From positions 1-64,000 of the IMG/VR virus record IMGVR_UViG_3300020732_000008: a stretch of 64,000 bases of DNA, one strand, 5' to 3'. Below the pieces are notes generated by a model. It was not told where the DNA came from. It did no database searches and saw only the letters and a program-made list of their open reading frames with translations. The stretch comes from a virus. A program made the translations under genes and the position numbers. This document shows, piece after piece, positions 26,880 through 36,356 of this stretch; position 1 is the stretch's first letter; every line of letters begins with the position of its first letter.

Positions 26880-28666
26880 TACTTCTTACCCTTCACTGAA
26901 GCCTTAGTTGTAGCAACCTTTGGAACAACTGCATTGGCTGTAGCAGCTGCAGTAGTTGCATCGGTTGATCCAAATACAGGAATACGCATAGCTTGAATAT
27001 CTACCGTAGTTAACATAGGGACCATGTTTGCTGTAAACATAACGTGGTTAACATTTATAGAGCTAAGAGAGATCTTGTAACGAAGGTTGTCATGGAATCT
27101 AATCCAACATGGGATACCCGTGATATATCCAAAGTCTGAGCTTTTATCATTCATGGTCAATAACTCGCCTGAAGCAGCTTGCGGATCACCGTTAAGCAGT
27201 CTGTATAAGAACTCTAGGTCGTATTCTGTTCCACGATTGATTAAACCGGCAACCTCTGTAGGTGTAAGAGTTCTAGGATAGTTCTTTGAATAAGAACCGG
27301 TTATTCCTGAAAGCTCTGTCATATCTGCAATTCGGTTTAAGTAAAGAGTAAAGCTGACTGTGGTATTACCACCAATAGTATTGGCTGGATCTGCAGATGC
27401 TTGGGTCCAGTCAATTGGACTAGTAACAGTAGTGTTGTAAGAAATAGTTGTAGGGTTATAAGCAAACCTAAACTTATAGGCATTGGGGCTTTGAGACTTC
27501 CAGTTGATATTGTTTGGATCAGAGAAGAAGTATCCTAAATTATTGTTTAGATCAGCATAGCCAGCAAATCCAGTTAAACGCTTTGTAAGCGGCACATCTC
27601 TAGTTAAAAAATGATTAGGAGGATTAGTAATGAACTTATCATCCATTGTATTATTGGCATAGTTATTTATATTGGGGTTTGTTGTAGTGGTTCCAGCAGA
27701 ACTAGGTCCGGTGGGATTTGTAGCGGGGCTAGGGCTACAGTTAAGCTGAGATGTAATATAGGCTTTAGCTGCTTTAAATGAGGAACCAGCATGATTAAGG
27801 CTTACTAACTCAGAGTTAGGGTTAAGGGTAGTTGGGCTTGAGAGCTTGTTTCCATATCCATCCCAAGCATCTACGTAAAAGTTATAGAAACTATTTATAG
27901 GTGGGGTAGTAGAGTACTCATACCGCATAGTAAGCCAACGCTTATTGCAAGGATCGTACCCACCAATACCTCCATACATAGCTAAAGCATCGAGGACTTC
28001 TTGAGGAGCTTGTCCGGTATTCTTTCCACCTGCAGAAAAGGTTACTGGCTTTGGGGTGTAGAAAAGCTGAGACGTTGGAACATCAATATTGCTATTAGTG
28101 CTATTTTCATCAACATAAGTATTAGCTTTTAATACAACACCCACATCAGGAATTCCAATGTAACCGGTTGCATTAGGAAGGGGAACTACCTCTATATAAA
28201 ACGCATCACCATGAAATGTGCTGCGGTATGCACCACGTTGAAGAGTTGCTGTAGGGTCTACCGGGATAGCGGTAGAGGAAAGATCATCGTTTCCATGCAC
28301 TGTATTAACAGCGTAGATCTTTGCTACTTTTTTTAATCCGGCAATCCAGGTGTCAAGGCTTTCCCCAGACGTATTTGGTATGGAAATAACATCATTAGTA
28401 AGAGAGGTTCCGTTAGTTGCCAGATCGTTCATCTGTGAGGTTGTTAAAGCAGTCGTTTGATTTGGGTATGTAATGCCGCTCCAAACACGGATGACATACA
28501 TTACATACTGCCCGTTGTTTACAGTTCCATTAGTTAATGGCAACCATCCGCCATTAGATCCAAAGTACTTAAACGCAGGGTTGGAGGAAGTAATGGGGGT
28601 AACCGTAATAGCCGGGTCACTAACAAACGCTTCAATAGTATAAAAGGCTTTTGTATCGTATGACAT
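26879..28666 (-). CDS. tail tube initiator / hub-associated protein with N-terminal extension
   Basis: C-terminal F.F.YNPT.I, V.F.LYL, H.MF...MVP motifs of CIS tube-initiator type. Confidence 0.65.
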   Translation of the reverse strand: MSYDTKAFYTIEAFVSDPAITVTPITSSNPAFKYFGSNGGWLPLTNGTVNNGQYVMYVIRVWSGITYPNQTTALTTSQMNDLATNGTSLTNDVISIPNTSGESLDTWIAGLKKVAKIYAVNTVHGNDDLSSTAIPVDPTATLQRGAYRSTFHGDAFYIEVVPLPNATGYIGIPDVGVVLKANTYVDENSTNSNIDVPTSQLFYTPKPVTFSAGGKNTGQAPQEVLDALAMYGGIGGYDPCNKRWLTMRYEYSTTPPINSFYNFYVDAWDGYGNKLSSPTTLNPNSELVSLNHAGSSFKAAKAYITSQLNCSPSPATNPTGPSSAGTTTTNPNINNYANNTMDDKFITNPPNHFLTRDVPLTKRLTGFAGYADLNNNLGYFFSDPNNINWKSQSPNAYKFRFAYNPTTISYNTTVTSPIDWTQASADPANTIGGNTTVSFTLYLNRIADMTELSGITGSYSKNYPRTLTPTEVAGLINRGTEYDLEFLYRLLNGDPQAASGELLTMNDKSSDFGYITGIPCWIRFHDNLRYKISLSSINVNHVMFTANMVPMLTTVDIQAMRIPVFGSTDATTAAATANAVVPKVATTKASVKGKK

Positions 28667-31569
28667 TAGACGCTCGCAATTCCCTTACGTCGTAGCTGCT
28701 GATGCAGCTGCCTGTTAAATTCATTCACCATATCGTTAGCACCCTGAACGCTCGCCGTTGCAATATTTACATTCATCTGAACTTTAATGTTTACCTGCTG
28801 ATTAGCATTAAAGGATGTGCTTGTAGGCATTCCATACGCACCCTTAGATGCACCCACTTCAGCAAGAGACATGCTTGGAGCAGAACTGCCGCCCACACCG
28901 TATCCATCTGACTTAGCTGTTAGCTGAGCGTCATAAAGGTATTTAGAGAACTCTCCGCCGGTATAGGTAGACCAGGCATTCCAATTAGTTCCGTGGTTAC
29001 TCTTATCCCAAGCAGCTTTAATATTATACGCTGGGTTTTGAAGTCTACTTGCGTCTCTATCTGGATCGTTCCATTTCTTCCAATCCTTTAAAGAACGAAT
29101 CTGGAATAAGCCAACGCTTGGACCCCACTTGCTATCTTCAAGCTTTACATCACCAATAGCATTTGGTCGACCTTGAGACTCTGCAAGTGAAACAGCAAAT
29201 GCAGTAGAAAGGGCTTTTCCACGAAATCCCTGTGCATACAGCATCCTCATGTATGCCCCTCGGCTGCCTCCAGGCATGCCCTTTACATCTCCAGGTACAA
29301 GATTGATGGTGCTATCAATCAATGGGGTTCCATCTGTTGCAGAAAGCTTTGAGCTGTTACCCAAGGTATTTAACATGTCGCTGTAGTTGAGTGGGTTACC
29401 TGCCATCATCGCACTAGCTAGCTGCGATGGTAGTCCTACAGAGTTTAAGATTCCTGGATCAGAGATAGTGTCAATACTGACTGATTTATTATTAGCACCC
29501 TTAGCTGGGGCACCCATGGCTGTAGGAAGCGGTGGTGAAAACTTAGAGCTTCCTGCTCCAATATATTTAGATGGATCAACACGGCCCTGTGCACCGACGC
29601 CACCGTTATCACGAAGTTCAAAGTGAAGATGCGGACCAGTTGAATTACCAGCTCCAGGGGTTCCTGGCTTACCACCAGAGAGTCCGATCTCTTCACCCTT
29701 ACGAATCTTCTGTCCAGAGTGAACCTTGACCTGAGAAAGGTGGGCATAGAGAGTTGATTTCTTACCGTGGGTAATGATTACGTAATTTCCGTAATCCTTA
29801 TCTAGGCCTGTATAGGAAACAACGCCATCAGCCGCAGCATGTACTGGTGTGCGGGGTTGAACGGCGTAATCAATACCTGTATGTGAAGTCCACTTAGATG
29901 GGTTGTGGGGATCACGGCGCTTACCGAAGCCTGAGCTTACGGCGTGCTTATCTGTGGGGTAGTTCATCTCTGGGCTGCCACTAGATGCGGCTGTACCCAT
30001 TCCTGGGGCTGCATTACCGCCCTGGAATAATCCCTGGATTAGACCCGCACCTGCTCCTAAAACGGCTCCTATGGCCGTTCCAGGGCCCGGAAGGATGCTT
30101 CCTATGGAAGCGCCTATAAGAGCGTCTATGCCCATGTCAGCGGCCGTGTTACCGACCTTTTTGACTGTCTTATTCTTGGCTAATCCAGTGTTATCCAGAC
30201 CGCCCTTAAGAAGACTTGCCAAGGCAGCCAAGCCGGCTAGTCCTCCGGCTTTACCTAAACGTCCCGCAATTCCAGCCCCGCCCTTGGCTGTACCGACTGT
30301 GTATCCCTGACCTGGAAAGTTTTCTGCAGCAGCAATCGGATTGTTCTGAGAACTAAGCATCTGTGATAGAGCACGGTTTTGAAGAGCTCCATAACCAAAG
30401 CTCATACCTGCCCCAGCTAATGTGGAGATGGTTGCTCCAGGACCACCAAGTCCTGGGAAGGTTTCAAGAACGCCTTTAAGCTTTCCAAATAGATCGACAA
30501 CTCCAGGAAGGGTATTGGCTAATCCAGCCATGCCGTTATTAATCGAGGCAGCTGTGTTAAGGGAGGTGTTGTATCCAGATACAAGTCCGCCGCTCATTGC
30601 GGTGGTTACATTAGATGTACTTGTATTGTAATTAAACTGAGCGGCTAAAGGACTTCCTGCCCCAACCTTCATTAGTCCAAGAGCAGATGTAGATCCGCTT
30701 AGATCTGATTTACTTAAACCAGAACCCTTTGATGCACGAGCAACAATACCTGCTTGAATGCTCGCCATGAGGTCTGGGTTGCCGCCAGCAATCTGTGCAA
30801 TAGTGTTATAGCCCTTGCTGTTAGGGTTGTAAACCATCTGAGCTTGATCAAGGGTTACAGTCTTACCACTATATAAAAAGTTATATACACCATTGATGAT
30901 GTCGTTGATTGGCTTAAGAGAGCCATCAGGATTACGAGCGGTCACACCAACTCGTAAGAAGTTCATGCCGTTAATTCCGGAGAGTCCAGCAGCTACTTGC
31001 TGATTGCTTCCTCCAGTAAGTGCGCTAAGTCCACCTACAGCCCCCATAATATTTTTGGAGCTCATGGTGTTGGCTAAATAACCACCACTATATGCAGCAG
31101 TGGCCATCGCTTGAATAGGGCCGGTAGCACTAGTGGCTCCGTTACCTACGGCTTTATTAGCCGCTTGCATTGCCTGCATAGCAGACATGCCACTAAGGCC
31201 TGCAAATGTATCTGCAGTCATACGCTGGGTTACAGCGTTCATCGTTGAAGGCATCATGCCCATACCGATGCTACCTACTGTTGCTACAGCGGCAATTCCA
31301 CCTGCAACCTTTTCAGCAGTTGTATATGGGACATTCGGCATAGTTCCCATGCCGATGTTTCCACTACCAGTGTTGTTACCATTTTTACCAACACTGCCTA
31401 GGGACTTAGCAATATTGTTTGCAGACTTTTCCATCTGCAACATCAGCTTTAAGCTGACATTAAAGCCCTTGTTTACTTTATTAAAGAAAGAGTCAAGACC
31501 AGCGTTTGAGCCCAGGGCAAGTGCACCCCCCGAGTCGGAAGGCATCTGCATATTGCCGTATGCGGCCAT
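28666..31569 (-). CDS. tape measure protein with M23 peptidase and lytic transglycosylase-like domains
   Basis: Ala/Gly-rich helical N-terminus; HTGID, YAHL, GNSTGPHLHFE (M23); AES.G, GLFQI, W.AWSTY (SLT-like). Confidence 0.88.
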   Translation of the reverse strand: MAAYGNMQMPSDSGGALALGSNAGLDSFFNKVNKGFNVSLKLMLQMEKSANNIAKSLGSVGKNGNNTGSGNIGMGTMPNVPYTTAEKVAGGIAAVATVGSIGMGMMPSTMNAVTQRMTADTFAGLSGMSAMQAMQAANKAVGNGATSATGPIQAMATAAYSGGYLANTMSSKNIMGAVGGLSALTGGSNQQVAAGLSGINGMNFLRVGVTARNPDGSLKPINDIINGVYNFLYSGKTVTLDQAQMVYNPNSKGYNTIAQIAGGNPDLMASIQAGIVARASKGSGLSKSDLSGSTSALGLMKVGAGSPLAAQFNYNTSTSNVTTAMSGGLVSGYNTSLNTAASINNGMAGLANTLPGVVDLFGKLKGVLETFPGLGGPGATISTLAGAGMSFGYGALQNRALSQMLSSQNNPIAAAENFPGQGYTVGTAKGGAGIAGRLGKAGGLAGLAALASLLKGGLDNTGLAKNKTVKKVGNTAADMGIDALIGASIGSILPGPGTAIGAVLGAGAGLIQGLFQGGNAAPGMGTAASSGSPEMNYPTDKHAVSSGFGKRRDPHNPSKWTSHTGIDYAVQPRTPVHAAADGVVSYTGLDKDYGNYVIITHGKKSTLYAHLSQVKVHSGQKIRKGEEIGLSGGKPGTPGAGNSTGPHLHFELRDNGGVGAQGRVDPSKYIGAGSSKFSPPLPTAMGAPAKGANNKSVSIDTISDPGILNSVGLPSQLASAMMAGNPLNYSDMLNTLGNSSKLSATDGTPLIDSTINLVPGDVKGMPGGSRGAYMRMLYAQGFRGKALSTAFAVSLAESQGRPNAIGDVKLEDSKWGPSVGLFQIRSLKDWKKWNDPDRDASRLQNPAYNIKAAWDKSNHGTNWNAWSTYTGGEFSKYLYDAQLTAKSDGYGVGGSSAPSMSLAEVGASKGAYGMPTSTSFNANQQVNIKVQMNVNIATASVQGANDMVNEFNRQLHQQLRRKGIASV

Positions 31570-31724
31570 TACTTCACCCTAGGTCTCTCTATGGCTTTGT
31601 TAATCCAAAGCATTCTTTCTCTGACAGAGAGATTGCGGATCTCAGTTAAAGTCCAACCAGGATAATTCTGAGCCAGAATATCGTAGGTCTGGATTACTAG
31701 ATCGTAATCAATCTCACTCTTGAA
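31569..31724 (-). CDS. tail chaperone C-terminal extension in the +1 frame, no canonical start
   Basis: FKSEIDYDLVIQTYDILAQNYPGWTLTEIRNLSVRERMLWINKAIERPRVK*; W...I..L..RER..W pattern; TAATG coupling to the tape measure gene. Confidence 0.75.
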   Translation of the reverse strand, partial: FKSEIDYDLVIQTYDILAQNYPGWTLTEIRNLSVRERMLWINKAIERPRVK

Positions 31725-32526
31725 ACAACTCTGCCAACGTAAGTGGCATCGGGACCTCCGACCCGCAGAACTTACATGGCACTGTTACTTCGCTGAGTTG
31801 TGGACCTGGGTTGCGATCTGATATAGCCTTAAGGATATCCCGGCGGTCTTTGATACTGAGCTGACGAACCTGCTCCGTATCCATGACAGGGAGACCATTA
31901 ATGGTCTTAACGCAGCTCTTGAGTACGAGGGTGTCTAATTCAGCTGCGGTCTTATTGGATGAGTTTACTATAGCTTTCTGTGTAATACCGTTTGGAAGAG
32001 ATACTTCTACCTCACCAATCTTGCACTTAAGAGTGAAAAGGCGATCACCGTCTAGCTTTTTAACCTTAACGTCTTTGTTAAGATCAATAGATACTTCTTG
32101 AACGTCTGAAGAACATGGGCAGATATTTCCTTCAAAATTAATCTCATCACCAAAGGTGACACGACGAATCGTAAGGAGGATAAGCTCACGGTCTCCAGCT
32201 AGTAACATATCGAGTGTATCCCGATCTACTGCTTTTTCACCAAGCTTTACTACTGCTCGTTCTAGGATGGCAAGGAGGGCTTTGCCTGTATCTCCAGCTT
32301 TTGCAATAGCTTCTTCATCTGCTCCGTTTAGTTCACGAACTTCTGCAGTTCCAATAAATCCATCAAATGGATCCATTAATCCTGCAGCCAACTCTACGTG
32401 AGTATCAGGAGGCGTCTCAACACGCTTCTTAGCGGGTTTAGCTACCGCCTCCTGAGCCTCTAATGCTTCTGCGACCATCTTATTCGCAAGTTGTGGATTA
32501 TTAATTGCACTTACTTCGTTAGTCAT
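31714..32526 (-). CDS. tail assembly chaperone / baseplate hub assembly protein
   Basis: VREL.G.DEE, GDR..ILL.IR..TFG, GP and CxxC; lies between the tube and tape measure genes. Confidence 0.8.
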   Translation of the reverse strand: MTNEVSAINNPQLANKMVAEALEAQEAVAKPAKKRVETPPDTHVELAAGLMDPFDGFIGTAEVRELNGADEEAIAKAGDTGKALLAILERAVVKLGEKAVDRDTLDMLLAGDRELILLTIRRVTFGDEINFEGNICPCSSDVQEVSIDLNKDVKVKKLDGDRLFTLKCKIGEVEVSLPNGITQKAIVNSSNKTAAELDTLVLKSCVKTINGLPVMDTEQVRQLSIKDRRDILKAISDRNPGPQLSEVTVPCKFCGSEVPMPLTLAELFQE

Positions 32527-32551
32527 ATTGTTTACCTTATCGTTTTAATGT

Positions 32552-33187
32552 TTAAGCTGAAGGAAGGGTCTGTGCTCCACCTGCAGTTGTATAGTCCTGA
32601 GCGTATGAAACGTCAAAGCCTTCATGAACAACCTGAATTTCTTCAACCATGAGGGTGTTAGCACCGGCATCAAGGTTGCTGTAGCTGAGGTTTGTGATCC
32701 ATGCGTTATAGACTTTGAAGCGCAGTGATACATGCTGATCTGTTGGATTTCCAGCAACTCCTCCATTAAGGTTAGTTGTGCCCTGTGGGTTAGGGTGGCT
32801 GAGTACTGCGATGTCAATTGTGCAACGGAAATCTGCGCCAATTCCTGTTGTAGCATCTCCACTGAGTACTGTAAACAAACGCTTCATCCACATTGGGTTT
32901 GCATCCTGTGCAAGCATTACACCCTTAGAAAAGCTAATAGGTGTAAAAGAAGTCTGACCAGGAATCTGGTGGAAGTTCGTGTTATATCCACCTTCACGGT
33001 AAGCGATTGCTTCAGTAGCAATACTCAAACCAGAAGCTGATACGAATCCCATAGTTGCCCAGGCCTTATTTGCAGATGCCCATGTAGAGTCTTGTGCATG
33101 GGGGCTAAACGTAACCAAGAACTTAAAGTTACGAACTGGATCCGTAGCAAGTGTGCTAAACGGATTAGTGATTGGACCGTTAGTCAT
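32552..33187 (-). CDS. tail tube protein (T4 gp19-like)
   Basis: DP.RNFKF, GF...SGL, YREGG, PG...F.PI, NAW, E.....HEG. Confidence 0.92.
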   Translation of the reverse strand: MTNGPITNPFSTLATDPVRNFKFLVTFSPHAQDSTWASANKAWATMGFVSASGLSIATEAIAYREGGYNTNFHQIPGQTSFTPISFSKGVMLAQDANPMWMKRLFTVLSGDATTGIGADFRCTIDIAVLSHPNPQGTTNLNGGVAGNPTDQHVSLRFKVYNAWITNLSYSNLDAGANTLMVEEIQVVHEGFDVSYAQDYTTAGGAQTLPSA

Positions 33188-33201
33188 TTTTAGTTATCTC
33201 C

Positions 33202-34758
33202 TTACGCCGTAGCGTTTCCGGTAAGTTGTCCCAACTTGATGACAACAAACTCTGCTGGGTATTCAATAGCTACGCCTATTTCGACATTTACAATGCCGTT
33301 CTGGATATCTGCATCGCTGTTATTAGTAGCGTTACAAGTTACATAAAAGGCCTGGCTTGGATCTGTTCCACGAAGTCCACCCTGCTGCCAATATCCACGA
33401 AGGAAGGTAGAGAGTGAGGTTGTGATGCGTCCCCATAGAATTGAGTCATTATTCTCAAACAGAGCAAATGCGCTGCGCTGTTCAAGCTCTGTCTTCAAGT
33501 ACATGATAGAACGACGAACGTTGATGTAGCGGTTAGATGTGGTGTTGTTCATGGTACGAGCGCCCATGATTACGATTCCACTACCTGGGATCTGACGGAT
33601 AGCATTGATTGGTTCTGTACCAGTATTCAATGTATCAAGGTCAGAGTTAGAAAGCTGGGTCTGTGTTGCAACAGCCAGTGCAATTCGGTTGCTGAATCCT
33701 GCTGGTGCTTTAAAGACACCACGTGCTGAATCGGTAGCAATGTACTGGCCGATTGCTGCAGCTCCAGGAGCTTGATTACGAAGTGCGCCACGAGCAGCCT
33801 TTGTTGTATCTGGAATACTGATCCAAGGATAGTAGAGGGCTGCAACTTCACCAGCAGAAGAACCTGCAAATGGTGATGTAGCTTTAAGGTCAGAAGCATA
33901 CTGCTTAGCATCTGATACTGCAAGTCCTGATGGAACGTCACAGACTACAAAACAGTTTTCACGACCGGCTGCATATGCAACAGCATCTGCCTGAAGCTGT
34001 AGAGACAATGTGCGATCTCCTGAGCTTCCACCTGAGGTGTACTGGTAAGCAGCCTGAGGAATGTTAAATACTAATGGATTCTGAATAGGATCAAAGTTAG
34101 TATAAACAGCCTGATAGTTAGCACGTGAAGGTGCTGATCCATCAAGACCACCTGTAAGTGCATGCTGTACTCCGTCAGCTGTAGGGTTGTTTCCTGGAGC
34201 AACTGTTGCAGAGTGCTCGTCAGTTACAACTACATACGCTGAAGATGCATTGATGTATGAGATTGCGTAGCGTGGATCAGTGCTTGACATTGAAAGATCA
34301 GTAAACTGCTCAATAAGAGTTGAAGTTCCACCGATCAATTCATATACGTAGAGAGCAAAACGACCAGCAGCACCGGTATTGATTACCTGAACTGAGAGTG
34401 AGTTGCCCCATGAACCAGCATTAGATGCAGTTACTAGAAGGGTTGACAAAGATGAGCTGTCTGTCAAGACAACTGATGAGGCTGCGGATCCTGAACCTAG
34501 GACACGCTGAACGTAAGCTTGGTTACCGCCATTAGCAAAAAAGTTATAGACAGCCCAAGTGGTTGGATAAGCATCTTGTACATCTCCGAAGCTATCAACA
34601 AACTTCTTCCATGAACGTACGAGTACTGGTGCTGAGGACTTTCCTGAAGGCAATGCTCCAAGGAAAGCGCCAACAGCAGAGCCATTGTCAGTTAGTTCAA
34701 CTGTCTGGCTTACTGGCACTTCTTGTACAAAGACGCCGGGTCTACTAAATGTAGCCAT
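33202..34758 (-). CDS. tail sheath protein
   Basis: PGVFVQE, FF.NGG, YYPW, RGVFKAPAG, GART, YINVRR, FE.ND, PAEFV. Confidence 0.96.
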   Translation of the reverse strand: MATFSRPGVFVQEVPVSQTVELTDNGSAVGAFLGALPSGKSSAPVLVRSWKKFVDSFGDVQDAYPTTWAVYNFFANGGNQAYVQRVLGSGSAASSVVLTDSSSLSTLLVTASNAGSWGNSLSVQVINTGAAGRFALYVYELIGGTSTLIEQFTDLSMSSTDPRYAISYINASSAYVVVTDEHSATVAPGNNPTADGVQHALTGGLDGSAPSRANYQAVYTNFDPIQNPLVFNIPQAAYQYTSGGSSGDRTLSLQLQADAVAYAAGRENCFVVCDVPSGLAVSDAKQYASDLKATSPFAGSSAGEVAALYYPWISIPDTTKAARGALRNQAPGAAAIGQYIATDSARGVFKAPAGFSNRIALAVATQTQLSNSDLDTLNTGTEPINAIRQIPGSGIVIMGARTMNNTTSNRYINVRRSIMYLKTELEQRSAFALFENNDSILWGRITTSLSTFLRGYWQQGGLRGTDPSQAFYVTCNATNNSDADIQNGIVNVEIGVAIEYPAEFVVIKLGQLTGNATA

Positions 34759-34813
34759 TCCGGTTTACTCCTTAGTTATAGTTGGTTTCTGTAGGTACCT
34801 AGTGGTGAGCGTT

Positions 34814-35398
34814 TTATGAACCGTATGTATGGTCTTGATAGTTAAACGTGATCTTGGGCGTTTGTGTAACTTCGTAGATTTCTGAGAAGACTTCTGGGAA
34901 GAGCTCAGAACTAATACGAATAGTATAGACGTTACTGAACAGTCTTTTATCCTGTTCTGTTCTATCTCTTTTGGTGAAGCTCAAAACATCCAGACGACGG
35001 GCGGTCCCATCCTCAGGGATATATAGCTGACCAAATCTAAATGGCAGTCTTCCAGGACTGAAGAGCGCATTAATCATCGCCCGATCATGTCGTGGTTGAC
35101 GGCAGTAGGTGGTGACCTGATAGTCAAGGTTTACTGGAATTGGTTCCCAAGTAGCTATAGGACCAGCTTGACCTTCTGGGGTATATGGCGTGGTTATATA
35201 CCCACGCATGGCACGGTCAAAAGCTTCAGCAATTCCAATCAATTCAATGGTTATATATGGATATGACTGCTGATGGATTTCTTTATCTGGCTGACCATAG
35301 AACACCGAAACAGGACGAGCCGAGTTTCCGGTATCAGAGACCGTAATCCCTGTTAGTAGGGCTTTAAGGGCAGCCTCTTCGTTTAATACAAATGGCAT
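34814..35398 (-). CDS. tail terminator / completion protein
   Basis: YPYITI, P.PVNLDYQ; immediately upstream of the sheath gene. Confidence 0.7.
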   Translation of the reverse strand: MPFVLNEEAALKALLTGITVSDTGNSARPVSVFYGQPDKEIHQQSYPYITIELIGIAEAFDRAMRGYITTPYTPEGQAGPIATWEPIPVNLDYQVTTYCRQPRHDRAMINALFSPGRLPFRFGQLYIPEDGTARRLDVLSFTKRDRTEQDKRLFSNVYTIRISSELFPEVFSEIYEVTQTPKITFNYQDHTYGS

Positions 35399-35694
35399 TA
35401 TGCAAGCCCCTTACCTTTAGCAGCTTTAGTAAAGTGATTAGCAATGTCGTCATAAGAAATGCTGCTCAGGGTATTCCTGATCATGGGATTAGCAGAAGTA
35501 TCCTCACCACCAAGTTCCACGTGGTAGGCGTCGTCTGTAATACCTGTTACGGTAGGGACCATGTCCTCAAGGCTAAATCCCAGGTTCTTTGCATGCGGAA
35601 TATTCAGGCTCTGTAGCTTGGCCTGTTGCTCTGCTTCAAAGTTTGAGATTGACTGCTGTAACGCTGCTATAAAATCGGATCTTGGTGATGTCAC
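35398..35694 (-). CDS. hypothetical neck/tail-completion protein
   Basis: 98-aa ORF with E.G....P.IR; position in the tail operon. Confidence 0.55.
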   Translation of the reverse strand: MTSPRSDFIAALQQSISNFEAEQQAKLQSLNIPHAKNLGFSLEDMVPTVTGITDDAYHVELGGEDTSANPMIRNTLSSISYDDIANHFTKAAKGKGLA

Positions 35695-35849
35695 TTGCCA
35701 CGCCTTGAAGCTAGGTATCCTGCAATTAACCCGCCAGCGATTTTAACGTCTGTCTTTTTAGGGTCAGCAGATCCCGTAACTCCACGGACAAATTCACGTG
35801 TGTCAGCATCGGACTCATTACGTAAGAGTCGTTGCACTAATAAGATCAT
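35691..35849 (-). CDS. small protein (52 aa)
   Basis: Manual translation MILLVQRLLRNESDAD...AGYLASRRGK; GGAGG RBS; GTGA overlap. Confidence 0.65.
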   Translation of the reverse strand: MILLVQRLLRNESDADTREFVRGVTGSADPKKTDVKIAGGLIAGYLASRRGK

Positions 35850-35923
35850 AAATCCTCCAGATGAAGGCGCAGGTACAGCAGCAGGGTTCCGGATTACTCC
35901 GGCGTCAAGTACAAGGATAAATG

Positions 35924-35946
35924 AAAAAGCCCCACATAGTGGGGCT
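35924..35946 (-). terminator. intrinsic terminator
   Basis: AGCCCCAC-TAT-GTGGGGCT followed by TTTT. Confidence 0.8.
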
Positions 35947-35951
35947 AATCC

Positions 35952-36089
35952 TTACTTCTTTTTCTTCTTCTTTACGGTCTTCTTGACCTTCTTGGCTAGT
36001 TTGGCATCGTTCTTTTCATCCTGCTCTTCAAAGGCTTTTCTTTGAGCTGGAGTCATGCCCTTTTCAAACTTACTATCCTTGTGAGCCAT
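35952..36089 (-). CDS. small Lys-rich protein (45 aa)
   Basis: MAHKDSKFEKGMTPAQRKAFEEQD...KKKKKK; likely true start within ORF 35952-36218. Confidence 0.65.
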   Translation of the reverse strand: MAHKDSKFEKGMTPAQRKAFEEQDEKNDAKLAKKVKKTVKKKKKK

Positions 36090-36138
36090 TAGATCCGCCC
36101 TTACCGCAGGTGCAGTTCTGACACTTGCACTCTGGCAT
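36073..36138 (-). CDS. 21-aa Cys-rich micro-peptide
   Basis: MPECKCQNCTCGKGGSNGSQG; ATG immediately follows the upstream TAA. Confidence 0.5.
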   Translation of the reverse strand: MPECKCQNCTCGKGGSNGSQG

Positions 36139-36231
36139 TTACTTGCCTTTCTTAGTGGTTGGCTTAGAAGTCTTCTTGCAAGCACCCTTGCAATTAGGCT
36201 TTGAGCATCCACATCCACATGCTTTGCACAT
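36139..36231 (-). CDS. 30-aa metallothionein-like micro-peptide
   Basis: MCKACGCGCSKPNCKGACKKTSKPTTKKGK; GGGAG RBS. Confidence 0.65.
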   Translation of the reverse strand: MCKACGCGCSKPNCKGACKKTSKPTTKKGK

Positions 36232-36233
36232 AG

Positions 36234-36356
36234 TTATTCTCCCTGTTCGGTTGTTGGGGCTTCCTCTGCTGGAGCCTCTTCTGATGGTGTATCTAAGTCT
36301 AATACAAACTCTGGGTGAAGCCCGTCGTCTGTTGTAGCTGCGTCAATATCTGGCAT
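36234..36356 (-). CDS. 40-aa acidic micro-protein
   Basis: MPDIDAATTDDGLHPEF...EQGE; TGATG overlap. Confidence 0.55.
   Translation of the reverse strand: MPDIDAATTDDGLHPEFVLDLDTPSEEAPAEEAPTTEQGE

Noticed and set aside
22714-35398. Stand-alone contractile injection system (eCIS/tailocin)
   Set aside because: The tail genes resemble CIS components, but portal, scaffold, capsid and replication genes in the same unit show this is a phage.
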